64,000 bases of DNA from an uncultured bacterium (GTDB lineage: Bacteria; Pseudomonadota; Gammaproteobacteria; Burkholderiales; CAIKXV01). The position numbers and the translations under genes are program-made. The DNA lies in NCBI GenBank assembly GCA_903873475.1, contig CAIQON010000108.1, positions 1,064-65,063 of the forward strand, read 5' to 3'. Position 1 is the stretch's first letter. Every line of letters begins with the position of its first letter. Positions 35,970 to 45,801 of this stretch are shown in pieces. The notes beneath the pieces were generated by a model that did not search any database, was not told the DNA's origin, and was given only the letters and a program-made list of their open reading frames with translations.

Positions 35970-37034
35970 ATGGCAGCACAGGCAGCAAAGAAGAAGACGA
36001 GCCGGCCAGCGGCGAAGAAGAAGGCCGCGCAGCCACGCCGCCGGCGGATCGACGTACACAGCCATGTCGTGCCGCCCGAACTGCTTGATGCGATCGAACG
36101 CGACCCGGCACGATTCCAGATGAAGATCGAATCGAGCCAGGGCGGCCAGAAGATCGTGCGTGAGGGTGGCCATGGATTCCCGGTCTATCCGGAGTTCTCC
36201 GATGCGGCGATGAAAGTGGCCGGCATGGATCGCAAGGGGCTCGACGTCTCGTTCATCTCGCCGGCGCCGATCGTGATGATGTACTGGCTCGGCGTCGATG
36301 CTGCGGCCGACGCGGCCCGCATCACCAATGACGGCATCGCACGGATGGTCGCCACCCATCCGGATCGGCTCAAGGGCATGGGTACGCTGCCGATGCAGCA
36401 CCCCGACGCCGCGATCGCCGAGCTGGAGCGGATCGTGCGCGACCACGGCTTCCGGTCGGTAGAGCTGGGCACTTCAGTCGAGCACGAGCAGTTATCCGAA
36501 CCGCGCTTCCGTCCCGTACTGAAGCGCGCGCAGGACCTCAAGGTGTTCATCTTCGCGCACCCGAACGCGACGACGCCGGAATGCGGCACCGAGAAGTACT
36601 AACTGCGCAACCTGATCGGCAATCCGCTGCACAGCACGATCATGGCGGCCAACCTCATGTTCAGCGGTGCGCTCGACGACCTCAAGACGCTGAAGATCGT
36701 GCTCTCCCACGGCGGCGGCTACATCCCGTACCAGATCGGGCGTTTCGTGCACGGACACAAGGTGCGCAAGGATACGAAGCAGGAAACCCGTACCTCGCCG
36801 GAAAAGATGCTGCGCCGATTCTGGTACGACGCGCTGGTGCATGACGAGGCCGCGCTGCGCTACCTGATCGAGCGCGTCGGTGCGGATCGGGTAGTGCTCG
36901 GGACTGATGCCCCGTTCGACATGGGCGAGGAGAACCCCCTCGAGCGCCTGAAGGCGGTGAAGCGGCTGTCGATCGCAGACCGTGAACTTATCTGCAGCGG
37001 CAATGCGATGAAGCTTTATGGCGGAAAGCTGTAG
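35970..37034 (+). pseudogene. Amidohydrolase-2 (ACMSD-like) gene with an in-frame TAA at 36600-36602
   Basis: ORFs 35946-36602 and 36642-37034 are in the same frame. Read-through gives ...IFAHPN...EKY*LRNLIGNPLHSTIMAANLMFSGALDDLKTLKIVLSHGGG..., a continuous PF04909-type sequence. RIDVHSHV metal motif at the N-terminus. Confidence 0.7.
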
Positions 37035-37104
37035 CGACCGCGTGACTGTCGAGTAGCAGACACCCGGATGTATACTTCATGGCCAGTTAAACGGGAGGTC
37101 TGAC

Positions 37105-38133
37105 GTGGCAGCAGGGCCGGAGAAGAGCGCCCGCAAGGTTCGCTGGGGCGTGGTGGGCCTGGGCCGCCTGGTCGAGCAGTGGATGGTGCCGGCAATCGCG
37201 CAGAGCCCCGGCTCTGAACTGGTCGCCTGCCTGGGCAGCTCGCCGGAGAAGACGCGCGAGTTCGCCGCACGCCACGGTATCGCCGGCGTGCACGACGACC
37301 CGGAATCGCTCGCTGCCGATCCCTCGGTCGACGCGATCTACGTCTGCACGCCCAATGCACTGCACGGCGCCGCCGTGTTCGCCGCCGCGCGGCATCGCAA
37401 GCATGTGCTGTGCGAGAAGCCGCTGTCGATCGACCTGGCCGAAGCCGTTGCGATGACCGCCGCCTGCCGCGACGCCGGCGTGGTACTGCGTGTCGCACAC
37501 CAGATCCGCCTTGAACCCGTGATCCGCCGGCTGCGCGAGCTGGTGCAGTCGGGCGAGCTGGGCGAGCTGCGCGCGATCTCGCTCGAGCGTAACGGCCCGA
37601 TGGGCGGCACGCGGGCGCCGTGGCGACTCGACGTGCGCCAGGGCGGCGCACTGTTCGACATGGCGGTACACCTGCTCGACCTGGTGCAGTGGGTGTCGGG
37701 CCTGCCCTACACCGAGGTGTCCGCGCTGTCGCATCCCGACCGGCGTGCCGGCCTGCCCGACGAAACGGTGACCGTGCTGGCGATGCTGGGCACCGGCTGC
37801 CAGGCGGTGGTGCGCGCCACGCGTGAGATGCCGACGGTACGCAACGACTTCGTGCTGCAGGGCACGCGCGGCATGGCGAGCACCTCGGCACTGCGCTGGA
37901 CAGACCGCCATGTGCTCACCATCGCCACGCCCGAAGGCAGCCGGGAAGAGACGTTCACCGCCGCACCCTCGGCCTACCGCCTCGAGATCGATGCGTTCGA
38001 GGCGGAACTTGCCGGGCGCCGTACCGACCTGCCCGACGGCGCGTCGGGCGTGGCCCTGGTCGAGGTGACCCGCGCGATCATGCAGTCGATCGATGAACGC
38101 CGCACCGTGCCGGTCACCGGCGCGCGGCACTGA
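37105..38133 (+). CDS. Gfo/Idh/MocA-family oxidoreductase
   Basis: VRWGVVGLGRL...AIYVCTPNALH...HVLCEKPL motifs. GTG start after GGGAGG. Confidence 0.85.
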   Translation: MAAGPEKSARKVRWGVVGLGRLVEQWMVPAIAQSPGSELVACLGSSPEKTREFAARHGIAGVHDDPESLAADPSVDAIYVCTPNALHGAAVFAAARHRKHVLCEKPLSIDLAEAVAMTAACRDAGVVLRVAHQIRLEPVIRRLRELVQSGELGELRAISLERNGPMGGTRAPWRLDVRQGGALFDMAVHLLDLVQWVSGLPYTEVSALSHPDRRAGLPDETVTVLAMLGTGCQAVVRATREMPTVRNDFVLQGTRGMASTSALRWTDRHVLTIATPEGSREETFTAAPSAYRLEIDAFEAELAGRRTDLPDGASGVALVEVTRAIMQSIDERRTVPVTGARH

Positions 38134-38174
38134 CCGGCCCGGCGCGGCCGAATCGAACCGAACCGGAGCAACAG

Positions 38175-39266
38175 ATGTACACGCCCTTCCCCGTCCACGA
38201 GATCGAAGGCAGTGCGCACGACTGCGGCGAGGCCCATGGCCGGCTCGCCGCCGAGCGCGTGCAGCAGACCCTCGACATCTACCTGCCTTCGTTCGAGCGA
38301 CAGGCCGGGCTCTCGCTCGCCGACACCCGCGCGCGGGCGCGCACCTTCGCGCAATCGATCCGCGAGATAGACCTCGACATCCTGCATGAACTGGAGGGCA
38401 TCGCCGCCGGCTCGAAGCAGGCCTTCGAGGACATCGTCGCGGTGAACTGCCGCACCGAGCTGCTGTACGGCAGCGCGATGGGCCTGAAGCCGGCCACCGA
38501 GTGCACGACGATCGCCGTGCTGCCCGAGGCCGCGCGCGAGGGTGGCGTGATCGTCGGCAAGAACTGGGACTGGCGCAACGGCTGCGTCGACAGCATCGTG
38601 GTGCTGAAGATCCGCCAGCAGCGCAAGCCGGCGCTGACCCTGATCGTCGAGGCCGGCATGGTCGGCCGCGACGGCTTCAACGAGGAAGGCATCGCGATCT
38701 GCGGCAACCTGCTGGTGTCGAACGAAGACCGCGGCCACGTCGGCGTGCCGATCCCCATCCTGCGCCGGCAGGTGCTCAACGCGCACCACTACTACGAAGC
38801 GATCGATCGGCTGGTACGCGCCCCGCGCGGCGCCTCCGGCAACTACCTGATCGCCCATCGCGGCGGCGTGGCGATCGACTTCGAGCTCTCCCCGAAGCAG
38901 GCCTTCCCGGTCTACCCCGAGCGCGGGCTGCTGACCCATTCCAACCACTTCCAGTCGGTGGTCGCGCAGTCCACCGGCGTAGCGAAGTTCTACACCGGCG
39001 ACAGCCTGTACCGCGACTTCCGTGCGCGCCAGCTGCTCGAGCCGAAGATCGGTTCGATCACCGTCGACGACGTGAAGGACACGCTGCGCGACCACTTCGG
39101 GCACCCGCGCTCGATCTGCCGCCATCCGCACGACTACCCGGGCAGCGAGCCGACGATGACCGTGTCCTCGCAGGTGTTCGACCTCAAGAACAACCGGGTG
39201 CATATCGCCGCAGGCCAGCCGTGCCAGTCCGAGTACCACTCGGTCGGCCTGCCCGGCAGCGACTGA
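38175..39266 (+). CDS. C45-family Ntn hydrolase (acyl-CoA:6-APA acyltransferase-like)
   Basis: ...KPATECTTIAV...GKNWDW...TLIVEAGMVGRDGFNEEGIAICGN...ASGNYLIA.... The pattern matches peptidase C45/AAT proteins with a Cys nucleophile. Confidence 0.7.
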   Translation: MYTPFPVHEIEGSAHDCGEAHGRLAAERVQQTLDIYLPSFERQAGLSLADTRARARTFAQSIREIDLDILHELEGIAAGSKQAFEDIVAVNCRTELLYGSAMGLKPATECTTIAVLPEAAREGGVIVGKNWDWRNGCVDSIVVLKIRQQRKPALTLIVEAGMVGRDGFNEEGIAICGNLLVSNEDRGHVGVPIPILRRQVLNAHHYYEAIDRLVRAPRGASGNYLIAHRGGVAIDFELSPKQAFPVYPERGLLTHSNHFQSVVAQSTGVAKFYTGDSLYRDFRARQLLEPKIGSITVDDVKDTLRDHFGHPRSICRHPHDYPGSEPTMTVSSQVFDLKNNRVHIAAGQPCQSEYHSVGLPGSD

Positions 39267-39277
39267 AGGGAGCACAG

Positions 39278-40090
39278 ATGAAGGGACGTTACCGCTGGCC
39301 CGACGGCGTACGCTGCGCCGTCTGCCTGACCGTGGACTTCGACGGTCCGTCGCACGAGACCGGGCGCAAGCTGCGTCCGCTCGGCGCGAACGCAGTCGGC
39401 CGCTACTCCGGCCGCTGCGGCATGCCGCGCTACATGGATCTGTTCGAGCGCCACGGCGTGCCGACCACCTTCTTCATGCCCGGCTTCGACGCCGAGTGCT
39501 ATCCGGAACTGGTGCAGGAAGCACACCGCCGCGGCTTCGAGATCGGCTCGCACGGCTACCTGCACGAGAGCTGGGAACTGGGCGACGAGGAGGAAGCACT
39601 GCTCGAGCGTACCCACGACATCCTCACCGGGCTGATGGGTACGCCGCCGACCGGCTGGCGCTCGCCGTCTGGCCGCAAGAGCGCGCGCACGATGCGCGTG
39701 CTGCGCCGCCTCGGCTACCGCTACGACTCCAGCGACAAGGACTACGACCTGCCGTACATGGTCGAGATCGACGGCCAGCGCCAGGACGACATGCCGGAGC
39801 TGCCAAGCAGTGCCTACAGCCTCGACGACTTCCCGTTCTACCGATTCAGCATGACGCCGCCTTCGGAAGTGCTGGAACACTGGAAGCAGGAGTTCGACAC
39901 CCTGTACCACGAGAACGGCTACTACATGCTGATGGTGCATGCACGCAGCGGCTGGGGTTCCGGCACGCCGGCGCGCGCGCGCATCGTCGAGGAACTGATC
40001 ACCTACATCAAGCGCCATGAAGGCGTGCGCTTCTTCAGTGTCGGCGGCCTCGCCGACTGGGTGAGGGAAAACCATGCCAGCTTCGACTAG
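39278..40090 (+). CDS. Polysaccharide deacetylase (CE4/PuuE-like) family protein
   Basis: ...VCLTVDFDG...GVPTTFFMPG...GFEIGSHGYLHE...GWRSPSG... Confidence 0.8.
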   Translation: MKGRYRWPDGVRCAVCLTVDFDGPSHETGRKLRPLGANAVGRYSGRCGMPRYMDLFERHGVPTTFFMPGFDAECYPELVQEAHRRGFEIGSHGYLHESWELGDEEEALLERTHDILTGLMGTPPTGWRSPSGRKSARTMRVLRRLGYRYDSSDKDYDLPYMVEIDGQRQDDMPELPSSAYSLDDFPFYRFSMTPPSEVLEHWKQEFDTLYHENGYYMLMVHARSGWGSGTPARARIVEELITYIKRHEGVRFFSVGGLADWVRENHASFD

Positions 40091-40928
40091 TTCCCTGCCG
40101 CGGCTCGCCAGCCCGCGCTGGCCCGGCAACGCGCAATGCGTGGTGCTGGTCACCGTCAACTTCGATGCCGAGTCGGTCGACCTGACCGAGACGCGCGAAG
40201 AGAACCTGTACGGCCGCTACTCCTATGGTCGCTACGGCATGCGTGCCGGCCTCGCGCGCCTGCTCGATGCATTCGCGAACACCGGCACGAAGGCGACCGT
40301 GTTCGTGCCTGCCACCGACGCGCAACGCCACCCCGCCGCGCTCGACGCGGTGCTGAAGGGCGGCCACGAAGTCGGGGCACGCGGCTACGCGTTCGAGGAC
40401 CATGGCAGCCTGGGCGATGCCGAGTTCGAAACCCTGCAGCGTGCGCATGAAGCCCTCACCGCCGCCACCGGCAGCGCGCCGGCGGGCTGGCGCGCGCCGC
40501 GCGGCCTGCTCTCGCCCGCCACGCTCGGTCATCTCGCCCGACTGGGCTACCTGTACGACGCCAGCTTCGAAGACGACGACTGGCCCTACATCGTGCAGGC
40601 CGACGGCGGCCGGCGCCTGGTCGAACTGCCACAGTTCCAGCCCATGCAGGACGCGACCTTCTATGAGCCACGTCACTCGCACGTCCGCGTGCTGAAGACG
40701 TGGAAGGAGGAATTTGACGCGATGCACGCCGAGGGCACGCTGGTCACGCTGACCGTGCATCCGCGCGGCGACTACGGCTCGGGCCGGGCGACGCGGGCGC
40801 GCGTGGTCGAGGATTTCCTCGGCTACATGGCGGCACGCCCGGGCACCTGCTTCATGACCTGCCGCGAACTGGCGACCTGGTGGCTGGCGAACCAGCCGGG
40901 CACGCTGGAAGGCATGCCGCCGGGCTGA
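40074..40928 (+). CDS. Polysaccharide deacetylase (CE4/PuuE-like) family protein, paralog
   Basis: ...VVLVTVNFDAES...GTKATVFVPA...GHEVGARGYAFED...GWRAPRG.... 17-nt overlap with the preceding paralog. Confidence 0.8.
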   Translation: MPASTSSLPRLASPRWPGNAQCVVLVTVNFDAESVDLTETREENLYGRYSYGRYGMRAGLARLLDAFANTGTKATVFVPATDAQRHPAALDAVLKGGHEVGARGYAFEDHGSLGDAEFETLQRAHEALTAATGSAPAGWRAPRGLLSPATLGHLARLGYLYDASFEDDDWPYIVQADGGRRLVELPQFQPMQDATFYEPRHSHVRVLKTWKEEFDAMHAEGTLVTLTVHPRGDYGSGRATRARVVEDFLGYMAARPGTCFMTCRELATWWLANQPGTLEGMPPG

Positions 40929-40943
40929 AGCACCGCGTGCGGG

Positions 40944-41945
40944 TCAGATGTCCTTCGCGATGCGCTTGACGAGCTTGCCGTAGGACTCGTAGTCGGCGCG
41001 TAGCAGCGCGCCGAACTGCTCGGGCGTGAGCACCGTCGGCTCCATGCCCTGCCGCGTCCACGCATCACGCCCGTCGGTCGAGGCCAGCACCTTGCCGATA
41101 GACCCGTTGAGCCGCGCCACCACCTCGCGCGGGGTGGACACCGGCGCGACGATGCCCTGCCAGCCAGTCATCGAGTAGCCGGGCAAGCCGGACTCGGCGA
41201 TCGTCGGTGTGTCGGGCAGCGCCGGGATGCGCTTCGGGCCGGTGACCGCGATCGGGCGCAGGCGCCCCGACTTCACATGCGGCAGCAGGAACACCGGGCT
41301 GTTCCACATCAGGTGGATGCTGCCACCGGTGAGGTCGACCAGCGCCGAGTTGCCGCCACCACGGTAGGGCACATGCAGGATCTCTACATTGCCCATCGCA
41401 CCGAACAGCACGCCGGCCAGGTGGAACGCACTGCCGACACCGTTCGAGCCATAGGCCATCTCGCCCGGACGCTTGCGCGCCAGCGCCAGCACTTCACGCA
41501 CGTTCTTCGCCGGCAGCGACGGATGCGCCACCATCAGGAACGAGAACTCGCCGATCAGCGCCACCGGAGCGAAGTCGCGCAGCGGATCGAACTGCACCTT
41601 CTGCAGCCATGGCGTGGCGACCATGCCCGACCCCGGACCGGCGAGCAGCGTGTAGCCGTCGGGTGCTGCCTTCGCCACCGCCTCGGCGGCGATCGCGCCG
41701 GTGGCGCCCGGGCGATTCTCGACCACCACCGGCTGCCCGTACTCCTCCGACAGGCGCTGCGCGAGGAAGCGGCCGTTGATGTCGATCGACGTGCCAGGCG
41801 CGTAGCCGATCAGGATGCGGATCGACTTGACCGGCCACTTGTCGGAGGACTGCGCCGCCACGGGCTGGCTGGCGCAGAGCGCGCCCAGTGCGCCAGCGCC
41901 CAGCATCGCGGCGGCAATCGGAAATGTTCGGTACATGCGGATCAT
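40944..41945 (-). CDS. Bug/TctC-family substrate-binding protein
   Basis: KWPVKSIRILIGYAPGTSID after a signal peptide. Start ATG at 41945 or 41936. Confidence 0.9.
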   Translation of the reverse strand: MIRMYRTFPIAAAMLGAGALGALCASQPVAAQSSDKWPVKSIRILIGYAPGTSIDINGRFLAQRLSEEYGQPVVVENRPGATGAIAAEAVAKAAPDGYTLLAGPGSGMVATPWLQKVQFDPLRDFAPVALIGEFSFLMVAHPSLPAKNVREVLALARKRPGEMAYGSNGVGSAFHLAGVLFGAMGNVEILHVPYRGGGNSALVDLTGGSIHLMWNSPVFLLPHVKSGRLRPIAVTGPKRIPALPDTPTIAESGLPGYSMTGWQGIVAPVSTPREVVARLNGSIGKVLASTDGRDAWTRQGMEPTVLTPEQFGALLRADYESYGKLVKRIAKDI

Positions 41946-42039
41946 GGAGGGCCTGCCGAAGACGAAGGTTTGATCGGGCCACGATACAAGGGCCCTGCGC
42001 GCAGCGTCAAATGCGCTGCGATCACCGCGAGGCCAAGGC

Positions 42040-43053
42040 TTACTCCTGCTCCACCCCTGCCCGCTTGATCACTTTCGCCCACTTCACGATCTCGGCGTTC
42101 ACGAACGCCTGGAACTGCTCGGGCGAGCCGCCCCCGGCATCCCCGCCCTGGCTGCGCACCATCTCGCGCACCTTTGCATCGCCCAGCGCACGCACCATCT
42201 CGGCGTTGACCTGGCGTACCAGGTCCGCCGGCATCGCGGCCGGTCCGAACAGGCCGAACCAGGCCAGTGCTTCATAGCCGGACAGCGTCTCCGAGATGGC
42301 GGGAACCTCGGGCAGCACGTCCGAGCGTTTCGACGAGGTCACCCCGAGCGCGCGCAGGCGGCCGGTCTTCAGGTGCGGCATCGCGGTGGTGATGTTGGGG
42401 AACATGCTCATCACGTTGCCGCCGATGACATCGGTCATGCCGGGCGTGCTGCCCTTGTACGGGACGTGCAGCATGTCGACACCGCCGAGGTCGGCGAACA
42501 GCACGCCCGCCAGGTGCTGCGAGAAGCCAGTGCCGGCCGATGCATAGGTGACCTGCCCTGGCTTCGCCCGCGCCAGCGCGACCATGTCCTTCACCGACCG
42601 TGCCGGGAACGACGGGTGCACCACGAGCGCGTTGGGCACGCTCGCCACCAGCATCAGCGCCGTGAAGTCGCGCACCGGATGGTAGGACAGCGTCTTGCGC
42701 AGGCTCAGGTTGATCGCATGCGTGCCGCTGTGGCCCATCAGCACCGTGTAGCCGTCGGGCGGTGCGCGCATCGCCAGTTCGACGCCGATGATGCCGCTGC
42801 CACCGGCACGGTTCTCGACGATGAACGGCTGGCCGAGGTTCTCGGCCATCTTCTGCACCACCGCGCGCGTGAGGATGTCGGTGCCGCCGCCCGGCGGACC
42901 GGGCACGATCGCACGCACCGGGCGGTTCGGCCAGGCTTGCGCGGAGGCCGTACTGCAGGTCAAAGGCAGCAAGAGCACAGTCCCGAGGACAGCCAGCACG
43001 GGGACCGTGCGCGACCGTCGAGCACCAGCCGCCAGAACGTCGAATACCTTCAT
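42040..43053 (-). CDS. Bug/TctC-family substrate-binding protein
   Basis: AWPNRPVRAIVPGPPGGGTD. ATG at 43053 preceded by GGAGGAG. Confidence 0.9.
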   Translation of the reverse strand: MKVFDVLAAGARRSRTVPVLAVLGTVLLLPLTCSTASAQAWPNRPVRAIVPGPPGGGTDILTRAVVQKMAENLGQPFIVENRAGGSGIIGVELAMRAPPDGYTVLMGHSGTHAINLSLRKTLSYHPVRDFTALMLVASVPNALVVHPSFPARSVKDMVALARAKPGQVTYASAGTGFSQHLAGVLFADLGGVDMLHVPYKGSTPGMTDVIGGNVMSMFPNITTAMPHLKTGRLRALGVTSSKRSDVLPEVPAISETLSGYEALAWFGLFGPAAMPADLVRQVNAEMVRALGDAKVREMVRSQGGDAGGGSPEQFQAFVNAEIVKWAKVIKRAGVEQE

Positions 43054-43133
43054 GTGACTCCTCCAGGGCCGGTCGTCCCAGACCATGCAGACGTTCCGTG
43101 CTGCCCGCTGCGGTTGCCGAAATCACGCCACGG

Positions 43134-44606
43134 TCAGATCACCTTTCCGGGATTCATGATGCCCTGCGGATCGAGGACACGCTTGAGCCGGTGCATCACC
43201 TCGAGTTCCACCGCACTCTTGTAGTGCGGCAGCTCGGCCACCTTGGCCTGACCGATGCCGTGTTCGGCACTGATCGAGCCGGAACGTTCGTGTACCAGGC
43301 GGAACACCACCTCGTTGACGTCGGTGGCTGCGATGGCGACAGGATCGTCGCGCATCCGTCCGGGCACATAGCAGTTGTAGTGCAGGTTGCCGTCGCCGAT
43401 GTGTCCGAAGCAGACGATACGTACGCCGGGAAACGCAGCTTCCAGCCGTGCACCAGCCTCTTCGATGAACGACGGAATGTCGCTGGTCGGCACGGATATG
43501 TCGTGCCGATAGAGCAACCCCTCGCTCTTCGATGCATCCGGGATGGATTCGCGGATCCGCCACAGGGCCTGTGCCTGGGCATCGCTCTCCGCCAGCGCCG
43601 CATCGGTGACGAGCGCTTCCTCGACCGCATCTCCCAGCGCCTGTTCGAGCGCCGACCTGAGATCCGATTCAGTGCGAGGATCATCGACATTGGTGAGCAC
43701 ATACCAGGGCGATGGAGCAGCGAGCGGATCGCGCGTCCCCGGTATGTGCGCCAGGACCAGTTCGATGCTGCGTCTGGAGATCAGTTCGAATGCACTGACG
43801 CGGTTGCCCACCTGCTCGCGCAGGCGGCCGAGGAGCGCAATCGCAGCGGAAGGGTCGGGCACGGCAGCGAACGCAGTCACCGAAGTACGCGGCATCGGAA
43901 ACACCTTCAGAACCGCGCCGGTGATCACGCCCAGCGTACCCTCGGAACCGATGAACAGTTGCTTGAGGTCGTAGCCGGTATTGTCCTTACGCAGCCCGCG
44001 CAATCCACCGAGCACGCTGCCATCGGCCAGCACCACCTCGAGCCCGAGCGTGAGGTCGCGCGTGTTGCCATAACGCAGGACGTTCACGCCGCCTGCATTG
44101 GTCGCGAGGTTGCCGCCGATCTGACAACTGCCTTCAGCACCGAGGGACAGCGGGAACAGGCGGCCGGCCGCCGATGCCGCCTGCTGAACGGTCGCCAGTA
44201 CGCAACCGGCCTCGACCGTGATCGTATCGTTGAGCGGGTCGAGTGCGAGCACCCGGTTCATGCGCGCAAGGGACAACACGATCGTGCGTCCATCCATGGT
44301 CGGGGTAGCGCCACCGCACATCCCCGTGTTGCCGCCCTGGGCAACGACCGCGACTCCGGCATCGGAACACAGACGCACGACTGCCGAAACCTCCGACGTG
44401 CTGGCGGGGCGGACCACCGCCATCGCGCGCCCCTTGTAGAAGCCACGCCAATCGCTCAGTGCCGGCGCGACGTCTGCCGTATCGGTCAGTACGTTCGCGT
44501 CGCCGACCGCCTGCGCCAGCCGCTCGACGAATGCCGCCGCCGCGGCCGACGGATATTCCATGTCTGGTTTCATGACTGCCTGCATGACTGGTTCAACATC
44601 ACTCAT
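43134..44606 (-). CDS. FAD-linked oxidase (GlcD/D-2-hydroxyacid dehydrogenase-like)
   Basis: ...AMAVVRPASTSEVSAVVRLCSDAGVAVVAQGGNTGMCGG... FAD-binding PCMH domain and ...ISAEHGIGQAK... near the C-terminus. Start uncertain (in-frame ATGs at 44606, 44585, 44573, 44561). Confidence 0.85.
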   Translation of the reverse strand: MSDVEPVMQAVMKPDMEYPSAAAAAFVERLAQAVGDANVLTDTADVAPALSDWRGFYKGRAMAVVRPASTSEVSAVVRLCSDAGVAVVAQGGNTGMCGGATPTMDGRTIVLSLARMNRVLALDPLNDTITVEAGCVLATVQQAASAAGRLFPLSLGAEGSCQIGGNLATNAGGVNVLRYGNTRDLTLGLEVVLADGSVLGGLRGLRKDNTGYDLKQLFIGSEGTLGVITGAVLKVFPMPRTSVTAFAAVPDPSAAIALLGRLREQVGNRVSAFELISRRSIELVLAHIPGTRDPLAAPSPWYVLTNVDDPRTESDLRSALEQALGDAVEEALVTDAALAESDAQAQALWRIRESIPDASKSEGLLYRHDISVPTSDIPSFIEEAGARLEAAFPGVRIVCFGHIGDGNLHYNCYVPGRMRDDPVAIAATDVNEVVFRLVHERSGSISAEHGIGQAKVAELPHYKSAVELEVMHRLKRVLDPQGIMNPGKVI

Positions 44607-44817
44607 TACCGAGGGCAATGATAGTACCGGGACGAGAAAGCGTCCGGGCGATCGACCGCAGTATGCTGCTTCGGGTCGATCTACCCTGCGCTGCGTGCAG
44701 TCGTACTTGACGCCGCCCGAACGTCTGTCCCACCATCGCCCACAGGATCCAGACACACACCGGAGCTTCAGCCTGATGCGCCATGTCACTTTGCATCCAG
44801 AGGGCATCCTCAGCCGG

Positions 44818-45774
44818 ATGTCCGCGCGCATTGCTGCAGCCGCCGCGATCGCTTTCCTGGCCACCCCCGCACACGCCGGCTGGCCCGACAAGCCGATCCG
44901 CATCGTCGTGCCCTTCCCCGCCGGCGGCAGCACCGACAGCGTCGCACGCCTCAGCGCCGAGTGGCTGGCTCGCGTGCTCGCGCAGCCGGTCACGGTCGAG
45001 AACCGCACTGGCGCAAGCGGCACCATCGCCGCCGAGTTCGTCGCGCAGTCGCCGCCCGATGGACACACGCTGTTCATGGCCTCGCTCGCGCAGATGTCCA
45101 TCGTGCCGCAGATGGGCAAGGTGCGTTACGACCCGTTCAAGAGCTTCGCGCCGATCTCGGTGATCTCAACCAGCTTCTTCGCGCTGGGCGTGCATCCGAG
45201 CCTGCCGGCGAAGAACATCCCGCAGCTGGTCGCGCTGGCGAAGGCCAATCCGGACAAACTGTCCTACGGCTCGTCGGGCACCGGCTCGGCGGCACACCTG
45301 ACCATGGCCCTGTTCCTGTCGCGCGCCGGGGTGAAGATGACGCACGTGCCGTACAAGGGCGTCGCGCCGGCGATCGCCGACCTGGTCGGCGGCCATGTAC
45401 CGATGGTGTTCGGCAGCGTGTCGGAGGTGCTGCGCTACTACAAGGGCGGCAAGCTGCGCGTGCTGGGCGTGTCGAGCGACAGGCGGCTGGCGCAGATGCC
45501 GGAGGTACCGACCGTGGCCGAACAGGGATTCCCCGGCTACCGCGTGATCACCTGGAACGGACTGGTCGCACCAGCAGCCGTGCCGCGCGACGTGCTGTCG
45601 GTACTGGTCAACGCGATCCGCCCGGCGTGCAAGGATGCCGGGTTCAACGCGAAGTTCGACGCGATGGACGCCGACGCCTGGTGCAGCACGCCTGCGGAGT
45701 TCTCGGACATGCTGCGCGCCGACTGGACGAAATGGGGCGAGGCGGTGAAGTTCTCGGGCGCGACAACGGAGTAG
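44818..45774 (+). CDS. Bug/TctC-family substrate-binding protein
   Basis: GWPDKPIRIVVPFPAGGSTD after the signal peptide MSARIAAAAAIAFLATPAHA. Alternative ATG at 44776. Confidence 0.9.
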   Translation: MSARIAAAAAIAFLATPAHAGWPDKPIRIVVPFPAGGSTDSVARLSAEWLARVLAQPVTVENRTGASGTIAAEFVAQSPPDGHTLFMASLAQMSIVPQMGKVRYDPFKSFAPISVISTSFFALGVHPSLPAKNIPQLVALAKANPDKLSYGSSGTGSAAHLTMALFLSRAGVKMTHVPYKGVAPAIADLVGGHVPMVFGSVSEVLRYYKGGKLRVLGVSSDRRLAQMPEVPTVAEQGFPGYRVITWNGLVAPAAVPRDVLSVLVNAIRPACKDAGFNAKFDAMDADAWCSTPAEFSDMLRADWTKWGEAVKFSGATTE

Positions 45775-45801
45775 GCGAGCGGCCGTCGCGCTGGCCTCCG
45801 A

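Noticed and set aside
44650-44681. 8-bp inverted repeat GATCGACC-N16-GGTCGATC in the divergent promoter region as an operator
   Set aside because: It is too short to be significant on its own, and no regulator gene is nearby to link it to.
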